From an uncultured Candidatus Actinomarina sp. (GTDB taxonomy: Bacteria > Actinomycetota > Acidimicrobiia > Actinomarinales > Actinomarinaceae), in the NCBI GenBank assembly GCA_902626065.1, contig CACODT010000001.1, positions 84,986 through 148,985 of the forward strand: a stretch of 64,000 nt of DNA. The letters run 5' to 3'. The stretch's first letter is position 1; every line of letters starts with the position of its first letter. Position numbers and translations under genes: made by a program. Shown here piece after piece: positions 10,042-19,908 of this stretch. The notes under the pieces are model-generated. The model saw only the letters and a list, made by a program, of their open reading frames with translations, searched no databases and was not told the DNA's origin.

Positions 10042-11183
10042 CCTCTGATGAAATCAGGGAGATTATCTCCACCGTTTTCATCAAATTCAGAAGATACTCT
10101 TCTGTTTGGTCTCTGACCAAAACCTGCTGCAACAACTGTTACTTCTACAGCGTCTCCTAAAGAATCATCAACAAGGTGTCCGAATATGATTTCGGCATTA
10201 TCATCTGCTCTTTCCGTAATTACTCTTGCAGCTTCATTTACTTCTTGAAGTTTTAGATCTTCAGATCCAGCAATTGTAATTAGAACACCCTCAGCTCCGT
10301 CCATATTAGCTTCCAATAAAGGTGATGATATAGCTGCCTGTGCGGCATTAGGGGCTCTTTGTTCACCAGTTGATCTTCCAATTCCTAGTACGGCATTACC
10401 AGCATCTTTTAATATTGTTTTTACATCTGCAAAGTCAACATTTATAACTCCTGTTTGTGTAATTAAACCTGTAATACCTCTAACACCATTTGCAAGTATC
10501 TCATCAGATTTAAGATAAGCCTCACTTATTTTGATATCCTTATCGCTAATTTGTAAGAGTCTATCATTAGGTATAACAATCAATGTATCAACAACGTCTC
10601 TAAGTGCTTGTATTCCTTCTTCAGCTTGAACTGATCTTCTTCTACCTTCAAAGCCAAATGGTCTTGTAACAACACCTACAGTCAAAGCTCCCATCTCATG
10701 GGCAATATTTGCTAATATTGGTGATGCACCTGTTCCAGTTCCACCACCTTCACCAGCAGCTATGAATACCATATCAGAACCTTTTAATGCTTCTCTAATA
10801 AGCTCTTCAGAATCTACTGCTGCTTGTCTTCCTACTTCTGGATTTGCACCAGCACCAAGACCTCTTGTTGATTTTCGACCAAGGTCTAGTTTTAAATCTG
10901 CTTTTGAACCAAGTAAGCTTTGCGCATCTGTATTACAAGCTACAAAATCAACACCCTTAATATTCATCTTGACCATTCTATTAACAGCGTTGGTTCCACC
11001 TCCTCCAACTCCAACAACTTTTATAACAGCTGCGTAATTTCTAGGTCTAGTATTCAAATTAACTCCTTTTTGCTTAGAACTTCTCTTAACTGCAGTTTTT
11101 TTAGACTTAGTTTTAGTTGCAGTTTTTTTAGACTTAGGTTTGGTTGCCCTAACTTTAGATTTTGTTTGTTTTTTTGTTGCCAT
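10038..11183 (-). CDS. ftsZ: Cell division GTPase FtsZ (start ambiguous: ATG 11183 or TTG 11057)
   Basis: VIKVVGVGGGGTNAVNRM, GGGTGTGASP (tubulin signature), NVDFADV, and the C-terminal peptide DNLPDFIRG. The core is highly similar to mycobacterial FtsZ. Confidence 0.97.
   Translation of the reverse strand: MATKKQTKSKVRATKPKSKKTATKTKSKKTAVKRSSKQKGVNLNTRPRNYAAVIKVVGVGGGGTNAVNRMVKMNIKGVDFVACNTDAQSLLGSKADLKLDLGRKSTRGLGAGANPEVGRQAAVDSEELIREALKGSDMVFIAAGEGGGTGTGASPILANIAHEMGALTVGVVTRPFGFEGRRRSVQAEEGIQALRDVVDTLIVIPNDRLLQISDKDIKISEAYLKSDEILANGVRGITGLITQTGVINVDFADVKTILKDAGNAVLGIGRSTGEQRAPNAAQAAISSPLLEANMDGAEGVLITIAGSEDLKLQEVNEAARVITERADDNAEIIFGHLVDDSLGDAVEVTVVAAGFGQRPNRRVSSEFDENGGDNLPDFIRG
11091..11144 (-). 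repeat. 27-nt tandem duplication (2 copies, 2 mismatches) inside the Lys-rich 5' part of the ftsZ ORF
   Basis: Plus strand reads tgcagtttttttagacttagttttagt / tgcagtttttttagacttaggtttggt. These encode TKTKSKKTA / TKPKSKKTA on the minus strand. Confidence 0.85.
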
Positions 11184-11274
11184 AATTTTTCCTTACGTTG
11201 TAGAGTATCAATAATTTAAATATATCCAAAACTTTTTTTTAAATTTATCTATATCTAAAGTTTAGATTTAGATA

Positions 11275-11973
11275 TTAACAATTCAGTATAGTTTCGATGT
11301 CTTCATTACTTGAGTCAATGATGGTCACTTCTCCATCGCAGGTACCTTCTTCTAGTATGTACCCGACAACAGATCCTTTTTTTGAAAGATCGACTGGACG
11401 ACCAAGATTAAGTAATGTATTTTTATAGGATCCAGTAAGCTCACTTCCGTCATATAGTATCTTTAAATCTTGAATTGATAAATCGTACTTTTTTACTGTT
11501 AAGACCAAAGAGATTATCTCACTGTAAAATCCATCTGGTGTTGGTCCATTTGTAATTGTTAAACGTGGCAATTGACTATTTGATTCTGCGAGCTCCGTGT
11601 ATAAATTTTTATATAAGATTACTTCTTTTGGGTTTGTATCTCTTAGATCACTTATTACGATAATTTTTTCATGAATAACAATATCTATAAATACAAGATT
11701 TGGAAGTTGTTTACTAATTACTAAGCTTTCAACATTTAAATTGTCTTCGTAAAATTGACCAAAATCTGATTCATCAATGAACCAAATTGATTTACCTTGA
11801 ACGAAGCTAAAAGAATTGAAGTTTAAGTTAATATTTTCTTCATAATTAATATTGGTAACTTTATATTTTGATGAAAACATTAATAAAAATATAATCAAAG
11901 TTAAAAGAAAAAAAAACGAAAATATTGAGAAAGTTTTGAATGATCTTTGTTCTAAATTTAATAACTCATTCAT
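11275..11973 (-). CDS. ftsQ: Cell division protein FtsQ/DivIB-like (POTRA domain)
   Basis: N-terminal TM helix followed by a POTRA-like segment. Lies between murB and ftsZ. Sequence is weakly conserved, so the call rests largely on position. Confidence 0.6.
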   Translation of the reverse strand: MNELLNLEQRSFKTFSIFSFFFLLTLIIFLLMFSSKYKVTNINYEENINLNFNSFSFVQGKSIWFIDESDFGQFYEDNLNVESLVISKQLPNLVFIDIVIHEKIIVISDLRDTNPKEVILYKNLYTELAESNSQLPRLTITNGPTPDGFYSEIISLVLTVKKYDLSIQDLKILYDGSELTGSYKNTLLNLGRPVDLSKKGSVVGYILEEGTCDGEVTIIDSSNEDIETILNC

Positions 11974-12830
11974 TTTGTAAAGTCACCAATAAAAATTATC
12001 TCCTCTTCTAAAGTGATTCCAAATTTTGTTGACACTTTATCTTTTACATATTGAACAAGTTTAAATAATGATGCAGCTTTTGCACCCTTTTCAGCTATAA
12101 AGAAATTAGCATGCTTCTCACTGACACGAACACCATCAATTTCATAGCCTTTAAGACCTGCATTATCAATTAATTCACCTGCATAATAATCACTAGTATT
12201 TTTAAACACACTACCCGCATTATAAATAGCTGCTGGTTGTGATTTTTTTCTTTTATCGTTAAAAGCCGATAGATTTTTATCAATTATTTTTTTATCACCT
12301 TTTTTAACTGTAAGTGTTGCACTTAAAATTATTTTGTTATCAAGATTTTTTGATTTTCTATAAGAAAACTCTAACTCTTCCTTTTTTAAAATTTCAATTT
12401 CGAATGTTTCCAAGTTAAAACATCTTAGGTCCTTTAGTAACTCAGAAAATTCCCATCCATAAGCACCGGCATTCATTTTTATTGCCCCTCCAACTGTTCC
12501 GGGAATGCCAATCATAAACTCACCATTTGATAGCGAATTCTCTTTAAAGAATCTTGAAAGTTTTGGTAAGAAAACTGACGAACCTACTTTTATTTCAAAA
12601 TTATCTGTTAACGTCAATTTCTCAAATTTAGGAGTAAGAACATTTCCATAAAATTCTTTATCAGAAAATGCTACATTAGATCCTTTTCCTAAAATAACAT
12701 TTTGTTTTCCTTTAATAACATTTTCTAAATCATATAGCTCTTCTTCTGTTTCAATATTTATAAAGTTTTTACATAATCCACCAAACCTATACGTGGTTAC
12801 ATCTGATAAATTTACACTATTAATATTCAT
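11970..12830 (-). CDS. murB: UDP-N-acetylenolpyruvoylglucosamine reductase
   Basis: TTYRFGG, GKGSN, GIPGTVGGAIKMNAGAYG, YRKS, AGSVFKN and SEKHANFF motifs. Confidence 0.92.
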   Translation of the reverse strand: MNINSVNLSDVTTYRFGGLCKNFINIETEEELYDLENVIKGKQNVILGKGSNVAFSDKEFYGNVLTPKFEKLTLTDNFEIKVGSSVFLPKLSRFFKENSLSNGEFMIGIPGTVGGAIKMNAGAYGWEFSELLKDLRCFNLETFEIEILKKEELEFSYRKSKNLDNKIILSATLTVKKGDKKIIDKNLSAFNDKRKKSQPAAIYNAGSVFKNTSDYYAGELIDNAGLKGYEIDGVRVSEKHANFFIAEKGAKAASLFKLVQYVKDKVSTKFGITLEEEIIFIGDFTK

Positions 12831-14127
12831 TTAAATATTGTAATATTTTTGGACCAAGTAAGGTAATATCACCAGCTCCTAGTGTTAATACAATGTCTCC
12901 ATTTTGTACTTTCTTGGATAAGTACTCAGGTACATACCTGATCGACTTTAGATACTTTATACTCTCCTCTTCAAAGTTTTTACTAGATACTCCTGGTATT
13001 GGAGTCTCACCAGCCGGATATATATCAGTTACTATTGCATAATCTGCTAGTTTTAATGAATCTTTAAATGAATTAAAATACTCCTTTGTTCTTGTATACC
13101 TATGAGGTTGAAATACAACATAAAGTCTACTCTCAGTTTGCTGCTTTAATGCAGTTATAGTTGCTTCCATTTCTGTAGGATGGTGGCCATAATCATCGTA
13201 AATTAATACACCTTTAGATATACCGATTAGTTCTACCCTTCTTTTTACACCTGCAAATGATTCAATTGCGTTCAAAGAATCTTTAATTTCAATACCATTA
13301 AGTAAAGCTAATATAATTGCACCTAACATATTTGATTTAAAGTGATCACCAATAATGTCAGACTTGATTTCATATTTGTTATTTTCGTATATAAAATTTC
13401 CAGGACTTTGTACTTTAAAGTCAGCTGATATATCTTTACCGTAACTTACTGAGTTTTTTAACTCCTTCATAGATTTAATATTTAGATCATCATTATTAAC
13501 AACTAAATTATCTGTTACATTTGCCATGACTTTGTAGAAAGCATCTTTATAATTATCAAGATTTTTAAAATAGTCTAGGTGGTCACTATCAACATTTAAA
13601 ACTAATAAATCAGATATCTTAATTTTTTCAAAAGTGTTAAATGCCTCATCAGTTTCTAAAATAAGTGGCTGATCAGGATCACCATAGTGTCCACCAATTC
13701 CATTAAAGGTTGTAATCCCACCAAATAAATAAGAAACATTTAAGTTATTAAAATGAAATATGTGTGAAAGCAAAGCAGTTGTGGAAGTCTTGCCGTGTGT
13801 TCCTGTTATTCCAATTATCTTACAATTTTCAGATAAATTTTTTAAATACTCTGGTCTTGATATAACGTTTTCTTTATCATAAAAATTCTTATATCTTTTA
13901 GACTCAATTGGGATAGCGCTTGAGTAAATATAAAGACTGTCAGGTCTATATTTTATTTCATCTAATGTGTGTACGACTCTTATTCCATCCTGGTTTAATA
14001 GATTTGTTACGTATGATTTTCTTTGATCGTAACCAGTGATATTATCACCTTTTTGTTTTAGATATTTAGCTATTGAGCTCATACCGGAACCCCCAACACC
14101 TAAAATGTAAATATTCTTATAACTCAT
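12820..14127 (-). CDS. murC: UDP-N-acetylmuramate--L-alanine ligase
   Basis: ILGVGGSGMSSIA, GITGTHGKTSTT and DDYGHHPTE motifs. Confidence 0.93.
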   Translation of the reverse strand: MSYKNIYILGVGGSGMSSIAKYLKQKGDNITGYDQRKSYVTNLLNQDGIRVVHTLDEIKYRPDSLYIYSSAIPIESKRYKNFYDKENVISRPEYLKNLSENCKIIGITGTHGKTSTTALLSHIFHFNNLNVSYLFGGITTFNGIGGHYGDPDQPLILETDEAFNTFEKIKISDLLVLNVDSDHLDYFKNLDNYKDAFYKVMANVTDNLVVNNDDLNIKSMKELKNSVSYGKDISADFKVQSPGNFIYENNKYEIKSDIIGDHFKSNMLGAIILALLNGIEIKDSLNAIESFAGVKRRVELIGISKGVLIYDDYGHHPTEMEATITALKQQTESRLYVVFQPHRYTRTKEYFNSFKDSLKLADYAIVTDIYPAGETPIPGVSSKNFEEESIKYLKSIRYVPEYLSKKVQNGDIVLTLGAGDITLLGPKILQYLNEY

Positions 14128-15155
14128 TTCTCAATTTCATCAATGATTTTATTAACAATGAAATCATTTCCTCTTTTTATGACATTATTTTTAGAGAATT
14201 CTTCAAATAAACTATGATCAAGTTGTTCTAATTTCTTAAATTTATATTCTAAACTTTCATAATTTGAACAAAGTTTAGCAAATTTTGACTTAACTAAATA
14301 TTCTGCGTTCATTAACTGGTGGGTAGATGTTGTGCCATGCATGTATGGAATAAGTAGTAAAGGAATGTTTAATAATACGGCTTCTAACACTCCTCCACCC
14401 GCTCTAGAGACTTGAAGGTCAATTGATGAATAAAAATCGCTCATATTTTTAATAAATTCTATTTGTTCATAGTTTTCGAATTTTTTTGAATTGTCAAAAT
14501 TATTTGGTCCAACTATGTGGATTATTTTTATATTTTTCAAAGTGTTGTTGGTTAGATATTTATATATTATGGAGTTAATTTCTTCCGAACCTTGGCTTCC
14601 ACCTTGTACTCCGATTATTATTTCTTTATTATTTATTGATTTGTTATTTTGAATTTTTTTGTCAACAACTGGTCCAGGGTTTTCTAAATTTGTTCGGTTT
14701 ATATTTATTGTGTTTGGATAGGAAGTAAATTTATCACTTTTAAAATAAGAAGCAATTTTATTACCAAGTCCAGCATAAATATTTTGTTCTTGGATAAAGA
14801 ATTTTACTTTATGTCTCCAGCTCAAATACCCAGCCAAAGGTGCGATATATGATCCAGTAGTAAAAAAGATTCCGCAATTCTTTATATCTATTTTTTTTTC
14901 AATAAGTCGGACAGATTTTATTACTTTTAGGATATTTAGTATATAACCAATCATGCCTGTCTTTGATCTGTAAATATTTATTGAATGAACATCGATATAT
15001 CTATCTTTAAAATATTGAGATCCTCTTATATCTGTCACTACCTCTATTTTTCTTTTTTCTATACCTCTTTGAAGTAAGTCATCAATTAAATTAATTACTG
15101 GTAATACATGTCCCCCGGTACCAACACAAAAAAAGACTATTTTATTTTGGTTCAT
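14124..15155 (-). CDS. murG: Undecaprenyldiphospho-muramoylpentapeptide beta-N-acetylglucosaminyltransferase
   Basis: GTGGHVLP N-terminus and SRAGGGVLEA C-terminal motif. Lies between ftsW and murC. Confidence 0.9.
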   Translation of the reverse strand: MNQNKIVFFCVGTGGHVLPVINLIDDLLQRGIEKRKIEVVTDIRGSQYFKDRYIDVHSINIYRSKTGMIGYILNILKVIKSVRLIEKKIDIKNCGIFFTTGSYIAPLAGYLSWRHKVKFFIQEQNIYAGLGNKIASYFKSDKFTSYPNTININRTNLENPGPVVDKKIQNNKSINNKEIIIGVQGGSQGSEEINSIIYKYLTNNTLKNIKIIHIVGPNNFDNSKKFENYEQIEFIKNMSDFYSSIDLQVSRAGGGVLEAVLLNIPLLLIPYMHGTTSTHQLMNAEYLVKSKFAKLCSNYESLEYKFKKLEQLDHSLFEEFSKNNVIKRGNDFIVNKIIDEIEK

Positions 15156-16240
15156 AATTTTGAATATCCAATTGCTAAACCGCTAAATAAAGCCACCATG
15201 GCACTACTACCATAAGAAATAAAAGGTAAGACAATACCTGTAATAGGTAGTAACCCAACCGCACCACCGAGATTAATAACTACTTGTATCAAGACCCATG
15301 CTCCTAATCCAGAAAATATGAGTTTTTTAAATTCACTTTCTATTGATATTGCCATTCCAAACAATGAAATAATCAAAAGACCGAGAACAATTATAAATAT
15401 TATTAATCCAACAAATCCGTACTCCTCACCAATAATGGATGCAATAAAATCAGTATGAGAATTAGGAAGCATTCCCCACCTAGCACGAGACGTTCCAGGT
15501 CCTAGGCCAAACATCCCTCCAGAACTTATGGCTATTCTACTTTGATTTAATTGAAAACAATCACCTAATAAATCTATACCCTTATCACAGTCTTTATTTA
15601 TCCAGGTTAAAATTCTATTCCATCGATAGTTTCCAGAAATTGCAAGAAAATATAATGGAACGATAGATAAAGACAAAATACCAACAGGAAACTTTAAATT
15701 AATTTTTGAAAATAAAATTTGTGCTAAAACTATTCCAAATATAGTTAGCGTTGTTCCATAATCGGGTTGAAGATAAATAAAAAGGCAACACATTAAAGGT
15801 AGGAACATTGCTCTTTTTAAATAGAATAAATCACTATATTTTGAATCAAGGTTTGATAATTGATAGGCTATCCACAAAATTATTAATGGTTTAGCTATTT
15901 CACTTGGTTGAAAATTGATTAATCCTAAGTCAACCCATCTTCGACTTCCGCCTCTAACTATTCCATAAGTTAAAACAAAAAAAAGTGACATAGTGACAAA
16001 TACAATTGAAAGATTTATTAATTTTTCCTGAATTGAAATATTTATTTTTTTTCCAACATTAAATATTACGATCCCAATTAAAACAGCTGCTATATGTCTT
16101 TTAATAAAGTAAAAATTATCGTTATATTGATTCATTCCCTGTACAGATGAAGCTGAAATATTTACTAAAACACCGAAAGTTACAAGAAACCAGATAGAGA
16201 ATAGATTTAATCTTTGGAAAAATAAATAAGAAAACTTCAA
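15152..16240 (-). CDS. ftsW: SEDS-family peptidoglycan glycosyltransferase FtsW
   Basis: Multi-TM protein with FQPSEIAKP and HTDFI motifs. Lies between murD and murG. Confidence 0.9.
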   Translation of the reverse strand: MKFSYLFFQRLNLFSIWFLVTFGVLVNISASSVQGMNQYNDNFYFIKRHIAAVLIGIVIFNVGKKINISIQEKLINLSIVFVTMSLFFVLTYGIVRGGSRRWVDLGLINFQPSEIAKPLIILWIAYQLSNLDSKYSDLFYLKRAMFLPLMCCLFIYLQPDYGTTLTIFGIVLAQILFSKINLKFPVGILSLSIVPLYFLAISGNYRWNRILTWINKDCDKGIDLLGDCFQLNQSRIAISSGGMFGLGPGTSRARWGMLPNSHTDFIASIIGEEYGFVGLIIFIIVLGLLIISLFGMAISIESEFKKLIFSGLGAWVLIQVVINLGGAVGLLPITGIVLPFISYGSSAMVALFSGLAIGYSKL

Positions 16241-17448
16241 TTTTGTCCACCTTCAATATTTTTCACTATTGATTTAAAAAATTTTCCCCTTTCAATATAA
16301 TTTTCAAAATCATTAAAACTTGAACCTCCACACGAAAACAAAACGTTTTCAAACCTTTGAAAATCTTTTTTCACAATTTCCTCTAATTCAAATATTGATT
16401 CAATAACTTCTACTTCACAATCAAATAAATTTTGCTCCAGATTCATATCCTTAGGAATAATCACTTTTTTTATTTCATTTGATAATTGAAGTTCACTTGA
16501 AGGGATATTTTTCGTAATTCCATGCATAATAAGTAATGCGTTTTTAACTCTTTGACTTGCTGATGATACAGAGTGAAAATTTGTAGATTTAGAGTCATTT
16601 ATAAACCTTGTTCCTTTGATATTGACAACTTTTTCAAAACGATGTTCAGTGGTTAATTTATTTTTTAAAAATTTAAATGCCTCTTCTATATCAAGATTTA
16701 ATTTATCAATGATTTTAATGAATGCAATAGAAGTATCGATTGGGTAATTTGATGATTTTAAATCAAACTTTTTAGTTATATCTCTATTTGATTTTTCTTC
16801 TGATGGAATTCCTATTATATTTTCAAGTTTGAGTGAAGATACTGTATTTGTTCCAATAATAAGATTATTTTTTGATTCCAAGAACGACAATAATTTCATT
16901 TTTGAATTTTTATATTCTTCGAAGTCTTTATGCCAATCAAGATGATCTGAATGAAAATTTAAAAACACACCAAAGTCTACTTTCAGATTTTTTGAATAAA
17001 AAAGTTGAAAGCTTGACAATTCAACAATTGCATAAATTTTTTCATTTAATTTAAATTCAAGTGGTGAAACACCAACATTTCCGCATGCAATAGATTCAAT
17101 TCCATTTGCATTTAAAAAGTCTGCTAATAAATTAACAAATGTTGTCTTACCATTTGTGCCAGTAACGCCTATAAAGGTACCTTTGAATTCATTAGAGAAT
17201 AAATCAATATCAGTTATTACCTTATGTTCAGGAAATTCTTTAAGTAATTTATGATCTGGTTTTATTCCGGGAGAGACAACTATTTCATCAACTTGCTCTA
17301 ATTGTGATTCTTTAAACACATGTTCTTCGTTAATATCTTTTAGTAAATCTAGATTATCGTCATGAATCAAATACTCTTTGTATATAGTGTCTAAATATTT
17401 TTTGACAGATTGACCTGTCTTACCGTAGCCAAGAATTAAAGACTTCAC
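16237..17448 (-). CDS. murD: UDP-N-acetylmuramoylalanine--D-glutamate ligase
   Basis: GVTGTNGKTT P-loop and NDSKSTN motif. Canonical mraY-murD-ftsW order. Confidence 0.88.
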   Translation of the reverse strand: MKSLILGYGKTGQSVKKYLDTIYKEYLIHDDNLDLLKDINEEHVFKESQLEQVDEIVVSPGIKPDHKLLKEFPEHKVITDIDLFSNEFKGTFIGVTGTNGKTTFVNLLADFLNANGIESIACGNVGVSPLEFKLNEKIYAIVELSSFQLFYSKNLKVDFGVFLNFHSDHLDWHKDFEEYKNSKMKLLSFLESKNNLIIGTNTVSSLKLENIIGIPSEEKSNRDITKKFDLKSSNYPIDTSIAFIKIIDKLNLDIEEAFKFLKNKLTTEHRFEKVVNIKGTRFINDSKSTNFHSVSSASQRVKNALLIMHGITKNIPSSELQLSNEIKKVIIPKDMNLEQNLFDCEVEVIESIFELEEIVKKDFQRFENVLFSCGGSSFNDFENYIERGKFFKSIVKNIEGGQN

Positions 17449-18507
17449 TTAATTTCCAAACAATACCCAGTCTCCATAAAATAGACCAAGCCCCATTACA
17501 ATAAAAATTCCGTTAATTATCCAAAACCTAACAATAATTGTTGTCTCTGCCCAATTGCTCATTTCGAAATGATGATGAATTGGTGTCATTTTAAAAATTC
17601 TTTTTTGTTTCAATTTGTAAGAAGATACCTGAAGAATCACAGATAAGGCCTCAAATATATAAAGAAAACAAAAAAAGAAAATTAGGCCATCTGCACCCAA
17701 TGATATTAAAATTATTGGAAACATAGCACCAATAAAATGAGACCCTACATCTCCCATAATTATTTTTGCAGGATTTGTATTCCACCATAAAAAACCAAGA
17801 GTAGAGCCAGCTAAAGCAGATATGAGTGTGGATAGCTCAAGGCCAACCATTTCACTATTCATAAAATTTATGTAATAGTCTGGATGTCTAAAAATCCAAA
17901 AAGAAATAATTAAAATCCCTCCAAAAGAAACTGTGGATGAACCTGCAACAAGACCATCTAGACCATCTGTAAGGTTTGTTGAATTAGTAATACCTACAAT
18001 TAGAAAGACTATAAGAATCCACTTAAAAAATCCAGCTTCAAAACCAAAACCGCTAAAAAAATAAAATGTTGATGAATAGTCAAGATTGTAAAAATATAAA
18101 CTTACGAAAGAACCTACTAAAATTTGTAAAAATATTTTGTTTCTAGCTCTTAGGCCTAAATTTCTATTTTTTCTAACTTTCAAAAAATCATCTATTAACC
18201 CAACTGAAGCCATAAGTGTGCCAAATAAAAGTAGACTTAAAATTACTGAATTAATTGGTACCAATTCAATTTTAAATCCTTGACCAATTGTCCAAAAATT
18301 TATATGAGACAAAATGTAACCGGCATAAGTTCCTAAAATTATAAAAACACCACCCATTGTTGGCGTACCTTTTTTATGGTCATGAAAAACTACTTCTTCT
18401 TGTATTGGTTGACCAATATTTCTTGATTTAAAATAGTTGACTCCTATGGATGTTGACAAAATTACGAATAAGAAAGAAATTGCACCAGATACAATTATCG
18501 CAATCAA
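17449..18507 (-). CDS. mraY: Phospho-N-acetylmuramoyl-pentapeptide transferase
   Basis: NSTNLTDGLDGL, PTMGG and MTPIHHHFE motifs in a ~10-TM protein. Confidence 0.95.
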   Translation of the reverse strand: MIAIIVSGAISFLFVILSTSIGVNYFKSRNIGQPIQEEVVFHDHKKGTPTMGGVFIILGTYAGYILSHINFWTIGQGFKIELVPINSVILSLLLFGTLMASVGLIDDFLKVRKNRNLGLRARNKIFLQILVGSFVSLYFYNLDYSSTFYFFSGFGFEAGFFKWILIVFLIVGITNSTNLTDGLDGLVAGSSTVSFGGILIISFWIFRHPDYYINFMNSEMVGLELSTLISALAGSTLGFLWWNTNPAKIIMGDVGSHFIGAMFPIILISLGADGLIFFFCFLYIFEALSVILQVSSYKLKQKRIFKMTPIHHHFEMSNWAETTIIVRFWIINGIFIVMGLGLFYGDWVLFGN

Positions 18508-19907
18508 ATTAAGCCTCCAATGGTCTCAATAATGAAATCGTAATCATTAAAAGGAATTTGTGAATTATTTACTTCTTGATACATTTCATGCCCTTTACCT
18601 AATACTAATAAAACTGAGTTGTCCTTGAGTTCATTAATTCCAGAAGTTATTGCCTCTTTCCTATCAAGAATTACGTTAGTTTTAGATAAATTACATCCCA
18701 CTAAAATATCATTTGATATTTGGATAGGATCTTCATTTCTTGGATTATCGTTAGTAACTATTACACTATCTGCTAATTGGGAAGCAGCTCCCATAAGTTT
18801 TCTTTTATCTTTATCTCTATTTCCACCAGCCCCAAACAAAACAACAACCTTTGAAAAATAAGGATCCACATATTTAATAATTTGTGAAATTGATTCAGGA
18901 GTGTGTGCGTAATCTACAATTATTTTATTTGTTTTGAAATTAATCAAATCAAATCTTCCTTTTGGGTTTTTCAGATTTGAAATATTTTCTATGATTTGGT
19001 CTATATCTTTTATTTTTGAATAGTATGCCATAGAAAAAGCAAGTAAAAAATTTAGATAAAAATTTGGACCAACGATATCTAATTTCAAATCGTATATTTT
19101 TTTATTAATTTTTATTTTCAAACTAGTTTTTGGATAGGTCTTTTTTTCTAATATTTGCAAATTAGCTTGAGTGTCTGAGCTTATTTTAAAAGATGGTAAT
19201 GATGAATTTTGAGCAACTTTATTACCCCATTCATTATCTATATATACATACTTATCTGAAAGCTGGTTTGAAAATAACTTTAATTTTGAATTAAAGTAAT
19301 TTTCAATAGTTGTATGGTAATCAAAATGATCTTGAGATAGATTTGTAAAACCTGAAGTATTAAATCTAATGCCGTTAAATCTATCTTGTTCTAAAGCATG
19401 TGATGAAGCTTCAAGAATTATATTATTGTATTTTTTAAAATCTGACCTACCGAGTAATTTAAGAATATTAAACAATTTAGGTGAGGTTAAGTGTTTTTCA
19501 TTTGTTATTTCAGAAAATAATTCGTCTTCATTAGTTCCAATAAATAAACTCTCCGGTCCAAGTAATTCTTTAAGATAAGATCCTGTTGTTGTTTTCCCAT
19601 TTGTTCCAGTAATGCCAAGGAACTTTTTTGATTCATAGCCATTACAAAGGTAATTGTATGAATCAAGAAAAACTTCATTATAATTTTTTGCCTTAATTAC
19701 TTTTTGATCATTTGAACTGCAATTTAAAGATGTAATGACTAGCTTCGCTTTCTTCTTTAAGGACTCATCCACATATTTGTCTAACATACCTTTATCGTCA
19801 TGATTAATAAATAGTACTGAACCTTCCTCAACATCTAATGAACTGTTTACAAAATTTTTAATATCAATTTCAGTAAATTTTAATTCTGACAAATTAAGTT
19901 CACTCAT
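18504..19907 (-). CDS. murE: UDP-N-acetylmuramoyl-L-alanyl-D-glutamate--2,6-diaminopimelate ligase
   Basis: GITGTNGKTTT, SSHALEQDRF, FTNLSQDHFDYH, DYAHTPES, GAGGNRDKDKR and the MurE-specific DNPRNEDP (DNPR, meso-DAP type) motif, plus GKGHE. There is no MurF-type GDMLELG motif. Confidence 0.85.
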   Translation of the reverse strand: MSELNLSELKFTEIDIKNFVNSSLDVEEGSVLFINHDDKGMLDKYVDESLKKKAKLVITSLNCSSNDQKVIKAKNYNEVFLDSYNYLCNGYESKKFLGITGTNGKTTTGSYLKELLGPESLFIGTNEDELFSEITNEKHLTSPKLFNILKLLGRSDFKKYNNIILEASSHALEQDRFNGIRFNTSGFTNLSQDHFDYHTTIENYFNSKLKLFSNQLSDKYVYIDNEWGNKVAQNSSLPSFKISSDTQANLQILEKKTYPKTSLKIKINKKIYDLKLDIVGPNFYLNFLLAFSMAYYSKIKDIDQIIENISNLKNPKGRFDLINFKTNKIIVDYAHTPESISQIIKYVDPYFSKVVVLFGAGGNRDKDKRKLMGAASQLADSVIVTNDNPRNEDPIQISNDILVGCNLSKTNVILDRKEAITSGINELKDNSVLLVLGKGHEMYQEVNNSQIPFNDYDFIIETIGGLI

Positions 19908-19908
19908 T

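Noticed and set aside
11250-11274. An AT-only inverted repeat (tatctaaa-N7-tttagata) at the ftsQ stop, considered as a terminator or regulatory hairpin before ftsZ.
   Set aside because: The stem is 8 bp of A/T only and no T-run follows it. Such palindromes are expected by chance in sequence this AT-rich.
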